IMG/VR virus record: IMGVR_UViG_3300028586_000745
Location: 1-46,139 of that record
Length of the DNA: 46,139 bases
Reading direction: 5' to 3' (one strand)
Source of the DNA: a virus
Taxonomy: Duplodnaviria; Caudoviricetes
Part shown: positions 34,097 through 44,558 of the stretch, piece after piece
Numbering within the stretch: the first letter of the stretch is position 1
Layout of the letters: each line of letters opens with the position of its first letter
Notes under the pieces: generated by a model
Database searches by the model: none
Told to the model about the DNA's origin: nothing
Seen by the model: the letters and a program-made list of their open reading frames with translations, nothing else
Position numbers and translations under genes: made by a program

Positions 34097-37000
34097 ATGG
34101 CCGATCACGTTGTCTCCGTCACCATCCGAGCGCAGGTGCAGCAGTACCTGCAGGGGATGAACCAGATCCAGCAGGCGACGGCGCAGGCGAACACCGAAGC
34201 CCAGAACCTGCAGGCTCAGGGTGAGGGGTTCGAGAAGGTCGGGAAGGGCCTGCTCACCATCGGCACCGTGGCTGCTGCCGCTGTCGGCGTTGCGGTCAAG
34301 GCGTTCGCAGACTTCGACGCGCAGATGTCTCAGGTGCAGTCCCTTTCCGGGGCGACCGCTTCGGAGATGGACAAGCTCCGGAACGCTGCGCTGACGATGG
34401 GTCAGAGCATCGGCTTCTCGGCCACTGAGGTAGCCGAAGCAGAGACGGAGCTCGTCAAGGCTGGCGTGTCCGTGAAGGACATCATGGGCGGCGGCCTGAA
34501 GGGCGCCCTGAACCTCGCCGCTGCAGGGCAGATCGAGGTTGGCCGGGCGACGGAGATCGCAGCGTCCGCTCTCACCCAGTTCAAGCTGAAGGGTTCGGAC
34601 GTACCGCACGTCGCCGACCTCCTGGCCGCTGGTGCGGACAAGGCGCTCGGTGGCGTGGAGCAGCTTGGTCAGGCGCTGCAGCAGTCCGGTCTCGTCGCGA
34701 ACCAGTTCGGTCTCACGATCGATGACACCGTCGGCACGCTGGCTGAGTTCGCGCAGAACGGCCTGATGGGTTCCGACGCGGGAACGTCTCTGAAGTCGAT
34801 GTTCCTGATGTTGGCGAACCCGTCCAAGCAGGCCGCCGAGGCGATGAAGCAGTACAACATCCAGGCGTACGACTCGCAGGGCGCGTTCGTTGGGATCACC
34901 GCTCTCGCGGGTCAGCTGAAGGAGGGCTTCACCGGCGTCTCTGACGCAAGCCGGGACGCTGCTCTCGCAACGATCTTCGGATCCGACGCGATCCGCGCGG
35001 CGAACATCCTCTACACAGACGGCGCCAAGGGCAACCGGCAGTGGATCAACTCCGTCAACGAGGCTGGCTTCGCAGCGCAGCAGGCCGCGGGCAAGACCGA
35101 CAACCTCAACGGCGACGTGAAGAAGCTCGGCGCTGCGTTTGAGTCCGGTCTCATCAGGTCTGGTTCCACCTCGAACGGGGTGCTCCGAGAGATGGTGCAG
35201 TCCGTCACCGGTCTGGTCTCCGCGTTCTCGAGCGCTCCTACTTGGCTGCAGGCCACAGGTCTCGGGCTGACCGCTGTTGTCGCTGCTACCGCTCTGGCCG
35301 GCGGTGGCTTCTTGACGATGGTGCCGAAGGTTGCTGCTGCTCGTACCGCGATGCAGCAGATGAACCTCACGGTGGGCCGTGTCGCGAAGGGCTTCGGCAA
35401 GGGTGCTGGCGTGGCGGTCGGCATCGCCGCGGTCATCTCCGGCTTCTCGAACCTCGGCAAGGAAGCGTCCCTCACCGAAGGGGAAATCGCCCGCCTGAAC
35501 GCCGCAATGACGGCGAACAACAAGAACGCACTGAACCAGCAGTTCGTCGGCGGCGGTGGCGCGTTCGACATCATCAACGACAAGGCCACGTCGGCGAAGA
35601 AGGCGCTTGACGCCATTTCTGGCAGCGGCAACGAACGAGCCGTCGGCTTCGGCAAGTTCGTCGATGGGCTGAGCTTCGGGCTCAGCCACATCTCTGACAC
35701 GGCCACTCGGTTCGAGGCGCAGTTCAAGCAGATGGGTGAAACCCTCGCCGGCACCGCTGAGACTGACGTCGGCGCCGCGGCGAAGGGCTTCAACCAGCTG
35801 GTGAAGCAGATGGGTGGCGGCAGCGACACTGCCCGCGACCTGCTCAACAAGATGAAGCCGTACAAGGACGAGCTTCAGGCTCTCGCCGCGGCGCAGGGCA
35901 AGACCGTCGATGAGCAGGATCTCCTCAACCTCGCGCAGGGCAAGGGGTCCCTCGCGGCGTCTCTCGTCGCCACGTCGACGCAGCAGCAGAAGGAACAGCT
36001 GGCGGAGCTCACCGGTGCCGCTGGCGACGCGAAGCAGAGCATCACCGATCTCGCGGACTCGATCCGCAGCTTCGGTTCGACGCAGCTGTCTGTAGAGCAG
36101 ACCGAGTCTGACTTCCAGGCGGCCATCGACGATGCGACGAGCTCGCTGAAGGACAACGGTCGCACGCTGGACCTGAACTCCGAGAAGGGCCGTTCGAACG
36201 CTGCTGCGCTCCGTCAGATCGCTCAGGACGGGATCGCGGCCACGGCGGCGATCGCGGAGAACGGCGGCACTCAGGCGGACGCTGCAGCGAAGATGCAGAC
36301 CACGCGGGATGCGTACATCCAGGCGGCTGAGGCGTTTGGCCTGTCGGGTGATGAAGCGGCGAAGATGGCGGACCAGCTGCGCCTCGTGCCGGAGAACGTG
36401 AAGACGTTGTTCCAGCAGGACGGTGCGGAGAACGTCGTCACGCAGGCGAAGCGGATCCAGGACGAAGCCGACAAGGCCACCCGGAAGCGTGTGCTGAAGG
36501 TGCAGGGTGAAGTCCAGGACGCGCTGCAGAAGCTCGAGGCGACGAAGGCGAAGCTCGCGAGCGTGCCGGCCTCGAAGCGCACCGAGGTGCGTGCGGAGGT
36601 AGCGAGCGCTCAGGCGAACCTCTACGCGGTGCTGCGCACGCTGCAGTCTCTGCAGTCGAAGACCCTGACGATCACCACCGTCAACCGGAAGGTCGATCAG
36701 GCGGTGTCTGCCGGCGCATCGCGAGGTGCTGCTGGTGCTGCGTACAAGGCCAGCGGTGGGTACGTGTCTGGTCCGGGTTCGGCTACGTCCGACTCGATCC
36801 CGGCTCGCCTGTCGAACGGTGAGTTCGTTCTGCAGGCGTCGGCGGTCCGCCGCTATGGCGTGCCGTTCCTCAGCCGTGTGAACGAGGGCCGGTACGCCAG
36901 TGGTGGTCTCGTCCGGCGTTTCGCGTCCGGCGGGTTCGTTTCCAACGAGACGCAGGCTGCGAAGCGGGCGAAGAACCGGTTCAAGGCGGCGCAGGATGCT

Positions 37001-38158
37001 CAGCGTCGTGCTCAGAGCGCTTTCAACAAGGCGAAGACGGCATCGAACCGTCAGCGTCTGCTGGCGGCGCAGGCCGAGACTCGTGCGGCGAAGGCTGCCA
37101 CGCAGAAGGCGGACGCCGCGTTGGCGCGTGCCAAGGCTGCGCCGACGGGTGCTGACGTGGGCGACCGGATCTCGTTCCGGTCCTCGGTTCGCACTGGGGA
37201 CTTCGACGTCTCGTCCGGTGTGCAGAGCCTGTACCAGATGGGGCAGGACTCGTCGAAGTACTCGGCAGGTCAGCGTGCGTCGTTCCTGCGGTCAGCCGAC
37301 AAGAACGAGCGGGCGTTCCTCGGTCTCGAGAAGCAGTCGACGAAGGCTGCGGACGCGGTCAAGAAGGCGTCCGATCGACTGGATGATCTCCGTCAGTCGT
37401 CGACGTCCATGTCGTCTGCTGTGCAGGGGAAGCTGTCGGATGTCTCGTACGGGGACTACCGGTCTGGTTCGTCGCTGCTCCGTGGTCTGACACAGCGAGC
37501 CGGGAAGCTGAAGCAGCTGCAGGCGTTGCTGGTCTCGTTGCAGAAGAAGGGGCTTGCTCCCGCTCTGCTCAACGAGATCGCTTCGCTCGGTGTGGACCAG
37601 GGGCTTCCCCTGGCCCGCAGCCTCGCGTCGATGAGCAAGACGGACCTCTCCGCCGTCAACAAGCAGTACCAGGCGGTGCAGTCCACGTCGACGAAGATCG
37701 GCAACCAGGTCGCGGACGCGAACTTCGGGAAGCTGATCGCGACGGCGGAGAAGTCCCTGACTGCGGCGAACAAGAACGCGACGTCGATCGCGCAGGCCAT
37801 CGACCGCCAGTCGAAGGCCCTGCAGAAGCTGATCGGCCGGGCGCTGAAGGTCCCGGGCTATTCGGCCGGCGGCTACACCGGCGACGTCGGCACGAACGAG
37901 GTCGCTGGCGTGGTCCACGGCCGTGAGTACGTGATGAACGCGGCAGCGACAGCACGGAACCGGGCAGCGCTTGAGGCGATGAACAGCGGCAGTGTCCGCT
38001 ACATGCAGCCGGCACCTGTCATTCAGCAGGCGCCGCCGGTGCAGCAGTCGTACACGCAGCAGGTGACGGTCACCCCGATCGAAGGCGCTGACAGCGCCAC
38101 GGTCGCCACAGTGCTCGGTCGAGAGATCGGGCGCGAGTTCGCAGGGATGGTGTCATGA
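34097..38158 (+). CDS. Tape measure protein (1353 aa)
   Basis: TP901-type core (FDAQMSQV...GSDAGTSLK), Ala-rich, (F/Y)ASGG repeats, GPG..TSDSIPARLSNGEFV. Confidence 0.95.
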   Translation: MADHVVSVTIRAQVQQYLQGMNQIQQATAQANTEAQNLQAQGEGFEKVGKGLLTIGTVAAAAVGVAVKAFADFDAQMSQVQSLSGATASEMDKLRNAALTMGQSIGFSATEVAEAETELVKAGVSVKDIMGGGLKGALNLAAAGQIEVGRATEIAASALTQFKLKGSDVPHVADLLAAGADKALGGVEQLGQALQQSGLVANQFGLTIDDTVGTLAEFAQNGLMGSDAGTSLKSMFLMLANPSKQAAEAMKQYNIQAYDSQGAFVGITALAGQLKEGFTGVSDASRDAALATIFGSDAIRAANILYTDGAKGNRQWINSVNEAGFAAQQAAGKTDNLNGDVKKLGAAFESGLIRSGSTSNGVLREMVQSVTGLVSAFSSAPTWLQATGLGLTAVVAATALAGGGFLTMVPKVAAARTAMQQMNLTVGRVAKGFGKGAGVAVGIAAVISGFSNLGKEASLTEGEIARLNAAMTANNKNALNQQFVGGGGAFDIINDKATSAKKALDAISGSGNERAVGFGKFVDGLSFGLSHISDTATRFEAQFKQMGETLAGTAETDVGAAAKGFNQLVKQMGGGSDTARDLLNKMKPYKDELQALAAAQGKTVDEQDLLNLAQGKGSLAASLVATSTQQQKEQLAELTGAAGDAKQSITDLADSIRSFGSTQLSVEQTESDFQAAIDDATSSLKDNGRTLDLNSEKGRSNAAALRQIAQDGIAATAAIAENGGTQADAAAKMQTTRDAYIQAAEAFGLSGDEAAKMADQLRLVPENVKTLFQQDGAENVVTQAKRIQDEADKATRKRVLKVQGEVQDALQKLEATKAKLASVPASKRTEVRAEVASAQANLYAVLRTLQSLQSKTLTITTVNRKVDQAVSAGASRGAAGAAYKASGGYVSGPGSATSDSIPARLSNGEFVLQASAVRRYGVPFLSRVNEGRYASGGLVRRFASGGFVSNETQAAKRAKNRFKAAQDAQRRAQSAFNKAKTASNRQRLLAAQAETRAAKAATQKADAALARAKAAPTGADVGDRISFRSSVRTGDFDVSSGVQSLYQMGQDSSKYSAGQRASFLRSADKNERAFLGLEKQSTKAADAVKKASDRLDDLRQSSTSMSSAVQGKLSDVSYGDYRSGSSLLRGLTQRAGKLKQLQALLVSLQKKGLAPALLNEIASLGVDQGLPLARSLASMSKTDLSAVNKQYQAVQSTSTKIGNQVADANFGKLIATAEKSLTAANKNATSIAQAIDRQSKALQKLIGRALKVPGYSAGGYTGDVGTNEVAGVVHGREYVMNAAATARNRAALEAMNSGSVRYMQPAPVIQQAPPVQQSYTQQVTVTPIEGADSATVATVLGREIGREFAGMVS

Positions 38159-39138
38159 CGACAGTCACGTTTAATGGGGTGACGTTCGACGACGAGGCCC
38201 TGTCTGGGTTTACGTTGTCGAAGCTGGTCGGCTGGTACGACGGCGCTCCGACCCGCTATCAGGCGGACACGCGACCTCAGGCGCACGGGTCGTTCCGACC
38301 GGGACCCATCTACCGAGACCCCCGTGTGGTGTCGGTGGAGGGATCCTGGTCGGGCGACTCGCTGGCCGCGGCGTACGCGGCCCGTGACGTGCTCGCCGGG
38401 TTGGCTGCCGACGGCCGAGAGGTGACCTTCACGGTCAAGGATCCGGTCGACACCCGGACGATGCGCGCTGGCCTCTCGTCGGCACCGAAGATGGATGACG
38501 GCTTGTACCAGCCGTACTTCAGCTTCGCGTTCGACGTCATCGCGGCGGACCCGTTCCGATACGGCCCTGCCGCGGTGGCACCCACAGGGGTAGCGGTCCC
38601 GTCATCTGGTCTGGTCTGGCCGCTCGGGGTCGCTGCAGGCACCACGCCATCCCAGGGCCTGTACCCGGCGACGTACTACGTCCGTGACCAGAACACGCCC
38701 GGCTTCTACCTGACTGACGGTCTCGTCAGCAACGGCGATGGCACCTACCAGCCTCAGCCAGCGCAACCCACAGGCAAGTACTTCGACTGGGGCACTCCCG
38801 GATCCACCGGCCGGGTTTCGGTGACGAATGCGGGCACTGCAGAGACGGTCTCCATGTTCGACGTGGTCGGCGGTCTCGGCGGCGGGTTCGAGCTCGTGTG
38901 GGTGCCCACTGGGCAGCGTGTCCGGTTCGAACGTCCGGTCGCTCAGTCGGAGACGATCCGCCTGAACCCACGCACCGGCCGCGTGACCCTGAACGGGTCC
39001 GACGTGACCGGGTTCCTCACCGCATCTGACTGGTGGACCGTCCCCCCGAAGAGCACCGGCGACGTGCAGTTCCTGCCGATCGGCACCGTCACCGGAACGC
39101 CGACGCTGACCGTGTCCACGTCAGCCGCTTACGCATGA
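38155..39138 (+). CDS. Distal tail / minor tail protein
   Basis: GWYD, R.V...G, A.DPFRYG; follows TMP. Confidence 0.75.
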   Translation: MTTVTFNGVTFDDEALSGFTLSKLVGWYDGAPTRYQADTRPQAHGSFRPGPIYRDPRVVSVEGSWSGDSLAAAYAARDVLAGLAADGREVTFTVKDPVDTRTMRAGLSSAPKMDDGLYQPYFSFAFDVIAADPFRYGPAAVAPTGVAVPSSGLVWPLGVAAGTTPSQGLYPATYYVRDQNTPGFYLTDGLVSNGDGTYQPQPAQPTGKYFDWGTPGSTGRVSVTNAGTAETVSMFDVVGGLGGGFELVWVPTGQRVRFERPVAQSETIRLNPRTGRVTLNGSDVTGFLTASDWWTVPPKSTGDVQFLPIGTVTGTPTLTVSTSAAYA

Positions 39139-39151
39139 CTACGAAGAGGAG

Positions 39152-40219
39152 ATGCGCATGGCGCTGACCAACGGATTCGTGACCACCGCCGGCACTGGCG
39201 CTCTCGACGCACGGCAGATGGACGCGGCACGGGTGATCCGGAACCCGGATAACACCATTCGCACCGGGCAGCTGTTCGGAGACAGCGGCGCCCTACAGCC
39301 CACGTCGTCGATGACCATCCGGTTCCTTGGCGACACGAGCTGGGTACTGTCACGAGGCAAGTCCGACGGCGCAGTGATCCTGTCCAACGTCGGCGACGTG
39401 ACCGTATCCCTGGACGCCGCGCCATCAGCGAACAGCCGGTACGACGCGATCTACCTGCGGCAGAACGACACGGAACGAGGCGACCCGAACAGCACGCCGA
39501 TCGTCGACAAGGTGACCGGTGTAGCAGCCGTGTCACCGGTCGTCCCCGCGGTACCGACCGGTGCGCTTCTCTTGGGTACCGTGCTCGTGCCAGCCGGAGC
39601 GGCAGCGTCGAACGCATCAGGCGTGGTGATCAGCAACACCGCTCAGCAGACCGCCATCAACGGGTCGCCGATCCGCTACCGGTCGATCACGGCGATGAAC
39701 GCTGACGCGCCGAACGTCATCGACGGGTACCAGGCGTTCGTCAAGGGTGCCGGCATCTTCTTCCTCCGCGGGAACCAGTGGATCCGCATCGACGCCGACA
39801 CCTTCGTCGTCGTGCAGCAGCAGCAGGGCAGCACCTTCTCAGCTGGCTCGGGCACCACTGCCGGGACGCTCGGCGGTACGGCACCGTCGTACCAGTCCTC
39901 CGACACGACGATCTTCCCGGTGCGTCAGGACGGCGTCATCGGCCCGGTGGCCGTGGCCGGCTGGTACGAGATCATCGGGCAGGTCACCTGGACCACGAAC
40001 TCGAGTGGTGAGCGGTACGTCGAGATCACGAAGAACGACGACAGCCTCACCCCGCAGGCGGCTGACCGTCGCCCCGCCAGCGGCCCCACCAACCAGAACG
40101 TGTCGACGTACATGTACTGCGACGCGGGTGACTACATCAAGCTGAAGGGGTGGCAGAACTCCGGTTCGTCACTGTTCTACCTGACCCGCCTCAGCGCCAA
40201 GCTGCTCCGCATGAACTGA
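39152..40219 (+). CDS. Minor tail protein
   Basis: AP..NSR.D.I, P.VP.GAL.L..V.VPAG motifs; beta-rich C-terminus. Confidence 0.75.
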   Translation: MRMALTNGFVTTAGTGALDARQMDAARVIRNPDNTIRTGQLFGDSGALQPTSSMTIRFLGDTSWVLSRGKSDGAVILSNVGDVTVSLDAAPSANSRYDAIYLRQNDTERGDPNSTPIVDKVTGVAAVSPVVPAVPTGALLLGTVLVPAGAAASNASGVVISNTAQQTAINGSPIRYRSITAMNADAPNVIDGYQAFVKGAGIFFLRGNQWIRIDADTFVVVQQQQGSTFSAGSGTTAGTLGGTAPSYQSSDTTIFPVRQDGVIGPVAVAGWYEIIGQVTWTTNSSGERYVEITKNDDSLTPQAADRRPASGPTNQNVSTYMYCDAGDYIKLKGWQNSGSSLFYLTRLSAKLLRMN

Positions 40220-40227
40220 GGCTGCTG

Positions 40228-41343
40228 ATGACTGACTGGTTCATCGGCGACCTGCTCACGGGACGCATCTCCACCCACCTGCCGGTCAGCAAGGGCTCCT
40301 GGTCTGTTGAGATCAACTCGGCGGGGAAGATCAGCGTCACCCTGCCTCTGACGGATCCCGACATTCGCGCGTTGAACCTGCGGAACGTCGCGACCGTCGG
40401 GAAGTCGTTCCTCGGTGTCTCCGAGAATGGCATCATCCTCGAGGCCGGTCCGGTCTGGACGCACGACTACTCGAAGGACGACGGCACGCTGACGCTCAAC
40501 GCGTCCGGCTTGTGGTCGTACTTCGACCATCGTGTCCTCATCCCGGTCCTCGCTGCCGGGCAGACACCGTTCGACGTGGACACCTACTACGAGAACCTGT
40601 CCCTGACGACGATCGCTCGCCGTCTCGTTGCGCAGGCGCAGGCACACACGAACGGCAACGTGCCGGTCGTCCTGCCTCCGGAAGTGTCGGGCACGGAGAC
40701 ACGCGAGTACCAAGGCGCTGACCTGCAGCTCGTCGGCGACGCGCTCAGTGACCTCACGGCCGTTGAGGGCGGGCCGGAAATCGACTTCCTCCCACGGTTC
40801 AAGACGGACGCCCGGTACGTCGAGTGGGTCATGCGTGTCGGCACCCCGACCAGTCCGATGCTCGCAGGCCCGACCACTCATGTGTGGGACTACGGCGTCG
40901 GACAGACGACGATCCGTGGCCTGAACGTGAAGGTCGACGGGTCGAAGTTGCAGGGACGTGGCTGGGGGCAGGGCGGTTCCGCATCCGACGCCACGATGTT
41001 CTCCCAGTACACGAACACGAACCTGCTCACACAGGGCTACGCACTGCTCGAGCTCGTCGACGCTTCACGGAACGTTGACGAGCAGTACCAGCTGGACGCG
41101 TACGTGCGGGAGAACGCACGCACCGGGTCGAAGCCGATCGAGTTCTGGGACTTCCAAGTCCAGGCCGATCAGTCGCCGCGCATCGGCGAGTTCAACAAGG
41201 GTGACTACTGCCTGGTGAAGATGCGCGGCGATCTGTACGTCCCGAACGGGGAGTACCGGCGCCGCATCACGAACGTGTCCGGAGATCAGGACGGCCGTTG
41301 GGTGTCCGTCACGACTGGCGAGTTGTACTCGCTCACTGGGTAG
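40228..41343 (+). CDS. Minor tail protein (baseplate hub, Gp37-like)
   Basis: DLLTG...LP, GP.W, GL.SYF..R, GP.IDF.P motifs. Confidence 0.75.
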   Translation: MTDWFIGDLLTGRISTHLPVSKGSWSVEINSAGKISVTLPLTDPDIRALNLRNVATVGKSFLGVSENGIILEAGPVWTHDYSKDDGTLTLNASGLWSYFDHRVLIPVLAAGQTPFDVDTYYENLSLTTIARRLVAQAQAHTNGNVPVVLPPEVSGTETREYQGADLQLVGDALSDLTAVEGGPEIDFLPRFKTDARYVEWVMRVGTPTSPMLAGPTTHVWDYGVGQTTIRGLNVKVDGSKLQGRGWGQGGSASDATMFSQYTNTNLLTQGYALLELVDASRNVDEQYQLDAYVRENARTGSKPIEFWDFQVQADQSPRIGEFNKGDYCLVKMRGDLYVPNGEYRRRITNVSGDQDGRWVSVTTGELYSLTG

Positions 41344-41352
41344 GAGGACGCG

Positions 41353-42237
41353 TTGGGTGATCCCACGAAGGGCGGCAGGCTCGGCTTGCTCGGCCCCCTC
41401 GGTGACCTGCAGAAGCGGGTACGGAACCTCGAGAAAGCCGTCCGGCGTCGGCTGAGCGTCACAGGGCTGTTCGCTTCGGGGGATGTGTCAGCTGGCGGCA
41501 ACGTCACTGGGGCGTACGTTGCTGCGTACGCCGGTGTGAGTGGCCTGTTCGTTCGTGCTGTGCTGGGTGTCACGGGAAGGTCGGGAACCTTCACTGACAG
41601 TGTGCAGTCGCCGGGGGTGCGGCAGAACATCCTCACGAACGTACCAGTGCAGATGTACGTGGACGCTGACGGCAACTTCGGCATCGCCGCGTCGACTCGT
41701 GCGAAGAAGAACATCGGGTCGGACTACGCCGTCGACATGACGAAGTTCCTCAACATCACGTTGAAGAACTGGGCGTACAAGGACAACCCCTCGTCGGTCG
41801 GGATGGGGCCGATCGCGGACGACCTCGACGCGGCCGGTCTGCGCGAGTTCGTGATCTACAGCCCGATCGACGGATCCATCCAGGGTGTTCGCACGGACAT
41901 GCTCATCGTCGGCTTGTGGTCGGCGTATGTGCAGTCCCGAGCGTCCACGTTGAAGCGGATCGGCAACCAGTCGCATCAGGTGAAGACGGTCACGAACATG
42001 ACCGCTCTCGCACTGGGCGGCACGAAGCCGTACGCGATCGTCTGGGACGCGCCGTTCGTGGACGCCGACTACCTGGTGACCGCATCGGTGTACTCGTCGG
42101 CTGGCATCCCGCTGACTGGTGTGTCCGCTTCCTGCCTGCCGTCTGCACGCACAGCGACGGGCTGCACCGTGCAGGTGACGTCCGGCGTGACGCTGCTGGC
42201 CGGTCAGACGCTCGTCGTCGAAGCGATCCACATCTGA
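41353..42237 (+). CDS. Tail protein with S74-like intramolecular chaperone segment
   Basis: AST.R.K.NI...W.YK...G.IADDL...GL.EFV. Confidence 0.65.
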   Translation: MGDPTKGGRLGLLGPLGDLQKRVRNLEKAVRRRLSVTGLFASGDVSAGGNVTGAYVAAYAGVSGLFVRAVLGVTGRSGTFTDSVQSPGVRQNILTNVPVQMYVDADGNFGIAASTRAKKNIGSDYAVDMTKFLNITLKNWAYKDNPSSVGMGPIADDLDAAGLREFVIYSPIDGSIQGVRTDMLIVGLWSAYVQSRASTLKRIGNQSHQVKTVTNMTALALGGTKPYAIVWDAPFVDADYLVTASVYSSAGIPLTGVSASCLPSARTATGCTVQVTSGVTLLAGQTLVVEAIHI

Positions 42238-42252
42238 CCCACTCACTCTCTC

Positions 42253-42279
42253 GAGCCGTCCCTACTGGGGCGGCTCTTC
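42253..42279 (+). terminator. Terminator-like hairpin
   Basis: GAGCCGTCCC/GGGGCGGCTC then TTC. Confidence 0.55.
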
Positions 42280-42297
42280 GTCGTTTGAAGGAGCCCC

Positions 42298-42459
42298 ATG
42301 AGCACACCCATCTACGACCGTCTCGACGCTGAGCACGAGTCGACGGTCATCATCCCCGAGGACACGCGTGTGTGGACGGAAGACGACCACCTCACCATCG
42401 CCGACGTGCCGGAAGTGAACGGCACCGGCGACCAGACCGGCGGGCTGGGTCCCCTGTGA
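42298..42459 (+). CDS. 53-aa acidic peptide upstream of the endolysin
   Basis: RBS GAAGGAG; GTGA-coupled to the lysin. Confidence 0.6.
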   Translation: MSTPIYDRLDAEHESTVIIPEDTRVWTEDDHLTIADVPEVNGTGDQTGGLGPL

Positions 42460-43271
42460 TCCTCGACTCCGTCGCCGCGGTCACGCGCGCCACTGCCCAG
42501 CTCGGCGGTCCCGACGGGGCAGGCATGTGCCTCGCCAACGTCTACCGGTGGTTCGGGTCCGTCCCCTCGATCGGACCAGGGTCCGGCCACTACGGCACCG
42601 CGATCGCCGGGTGGGACTACGCACCCGACAAGCACGTCGGCGACTACTCCCCGCCGGCCGGTGTCCCGGTCTACTACGACCGCGTCGGCGCGCCGCGCTG
42701 GCCCGGCGACCACAACATGCAGGCCGGCGACATCGGCCTGTCCGTCGGCCCCACCGCGTTCTCACGCGAGTCCATGGTGATCCACACCGACTCACCCACT
42801 GGCAACACCGGACTCATGACGATCCGTGCGCGCGCCGCCCAGATCGGCCGACGCTACCTCGGCTGGACCGGCACGTTCCTCGGCCACGAGACCACAGCCG
42901 GCAACGCCTACGGCAAGCCGACCCCGCCTGCCGTCATCGTCACGGTCGGCACCACCCCCGTCAAGATCGACAGCAACGGAGACCGCATGTACGCCATCCG
43001 CAACAACGCCAAGGGATCCAAGGGCTACGGCGCCATCTTCGCCCTCGCCCCCGGCTACATCAAGCACGAGGGCACTTCCAACACTGGCAAGCGTCTGCAG
43101 ACCATCGCGGGTGACGCCAAGCAGGCCGGGGACCTCAACACGCTGCAGGACATCGTCGAGTCGTTCGGCCTCCCTCGTGAGGCAGCGGACGCCGACTGGG
43201 TCGTGCGTCACGCCAACGCTGGCGACCGCGCCTACTCCGCGATCGTCGCGGCGATCAAGGCTGGTGCCTGA
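42456..43271 (+). CDS. Endolysin (CHAP/NlpC-like peptidase domain)
   Basis: G.CL..V, W.....KH...PP.GVPVY, TD, YLGW; precedes membrane genes. Confidence 0.7.
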   Translation: MILDSVAAVTRATAQLGGPDGAGMCLANVYRWFGSVPSIGPGSGHYGTAIAGWDYAPDKHVGDYSPPAGVPVYYDRVGAPRWPGDHNMQAGDIGLSVGPTAFSRESMVIHTDSPTGNTGLMTIRARAAQIGRRYLGWTGTFLGHETTAGNAYGKPTPPAVIVTVGTTPVKIDSNGDRMYAIRNNAKGSKGYGAIFALAPGYIKHEGTSNTGKRLQTIAGDAKQAGDLNTLQDIVESFGLPREAADADWVVRHANAGDRAYSAIVAAIKAGA

Positions 43272-43579
43272 TGGGTGAGCACGAGCAGAAGGCCGCTGGA
43301 CGGCTGCGGGAGCTCGTCGCCATGTTGGGTGCCCGCGCGAAGAAGGCCTACTCTGCTGGCGTCGCGGGAGCGGTGCTCGCGGTCGGCGGGATCTCCGTCG
43401 CCGGGTTCTGGGCTGACGGGAAGGTCGACACGCAGAAGGTGGCCGCTGCTGCCGGGACGGTCGTCGTCGGGTTCATCGGCGGGTTCCTCGCCGCGTTCCT
43501 GCCGCGGAACTCGGTCAACACGGCAGACGCCGCGGCTTCCGCGCCGGAGGACACCACGAGCTCCACACGGACCCGTTGA
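43271..43579 (+). CDS. Holin-like 2-TM protein
   Basis: KKAY.AG + two hydrophobic helices + PRN; coupled to the lysin. Confidence 0.7.
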   Translation: MGEHEQKAAGRLRELVAMLGARAKKAYSAGVAGAVLAVGGISVAGFWADGKVDTQKVAAAAGTVVVGFIGGFLAAFLPRNSVNTADAAASAPEDTTSSTRTR

Positions 43580-43599
43580 CCAGGCGAAGGGGGACGCAC

Positions 43600-44067
43600 G
43601 TGAAAACGATCTGGTCACACGATGCGATGCCGTTGGTGCCGCCACGGTTCCGACCCATCTACCAAGTGTTCCTACCGCTCGTGGACCTGCACCTGCTGGT
43701 GTTCGCGGCGGTCGCTGTGTTCGTCGGCTCACAGGTGGTGGAGGACTTCACCCTGCAGTGGTTCCCGTACGCATGGGCCGCGACGATGGGACTCGGGGCC
43801 GTCCTCGCCACCATCGGACTCGTGTTCTGCCGCGACTGGACTGAACTCGTCGGCAAGGGCGTCCTCATCATCGGGTTCATCGTCTACGGCATCGTCCTCG
43901 GCTTCTACGTCGACTCAGGTTCGCTGTCTTCCCTGCTGACCATCACACTCGTCGACCTCGCGGTCATCGGCCTCCTCATCCGGTGTGTGGACCTCGTCTC
44001 CACGATCGGCCGGAAAGAGGCGGATGCGAGCGCCGCGCGACGACTGGCACGGAAGGGCGCAGAGTGA
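43600..44067 (+). CDS. 4-TM membrane protein (lysis cassette)
   Basis: Four hydrophobic segments; G-rich RBS. Confidence 0.7.
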   Translation: MKTIWSHDAMPLVPPRFRPIYQVFLPLVDLHLLVFAAVAVFVGSQVVEDFTLQWFPYAWAATMGLGAVLATIGLVFCRDWTELVGKGVLIIGFIVYGIVLGFYVDSGSLSSLLTITLVDLAVIGLLIRCVDLVSTIGRKEADASAARRLARKGAE

Positions 44068-44516
44068 GCGATCCGGAAACCATACGAACCGCCATCACCA
44101 CTGCCGGCGGGATCATCATCGCCCTGTTCGGGGCGTGGGGGACCGTGTTCGGTGTCCGCCGTGCTCGAGCACGACGCCGGGCGGAAGTGTCCGACGAAGA
44201 GCAGGAGGCTGTCGCACGGTACGCCGCAGACCCGGGCCAGTTCGTCAAGGATGTGCTGCGGTCCAACGCGCAGCTGACTGAGCGGGTCGAGCAGGCGGAG
44301 AAGAAGGCCGACCGCATCGAGAAGGCGTTCGAGGACTTCAAGCGTGAGGACCGCAAGTTCCGCACCGCGCTCGCCCGTTGGGTGGGTCACATCATGAACG
44401 CGTGGGGTGTGGAACCGGAGATGCCGTACCCGGAAGGCGAAGACGCTGTGACGCTCGCCGACGTGATCCCCTCCGCGCTCGAAGCGACCCGGCCCCGACC
44501 CCGCCCCGCACACTGA
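44064..44516 (+). CDS. N-terminal TM + coiled-coil protein (lysis accessory)
   Basis: Single TM then heptad region; GTGA coupling. Confidence 0.7.
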   Translation: MSDPETIRTAITTAGGIIIALFGAWGTVFGVRRARARRRAEVSDEEQEAVARYAADPGQFVKDVLRSNAQLTERVEQAEKKADRIEKAFEDFKREDRKFRTALARWVGHIMNAWGVEPEMPYPEGEDAVTLADVIPSALEATRPRPRPAH

Positions 44517-44558
44517 CTCACCTTCTGCGGTGCGCACCGCATGACTTGAAAGGCCACC

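Noticed and set aside
34061-35689. Long minus-strand ORFs (also 25251-26654, 7741-9078)
   Set aside because: Antisense shadows of high-GC genes with no motifs
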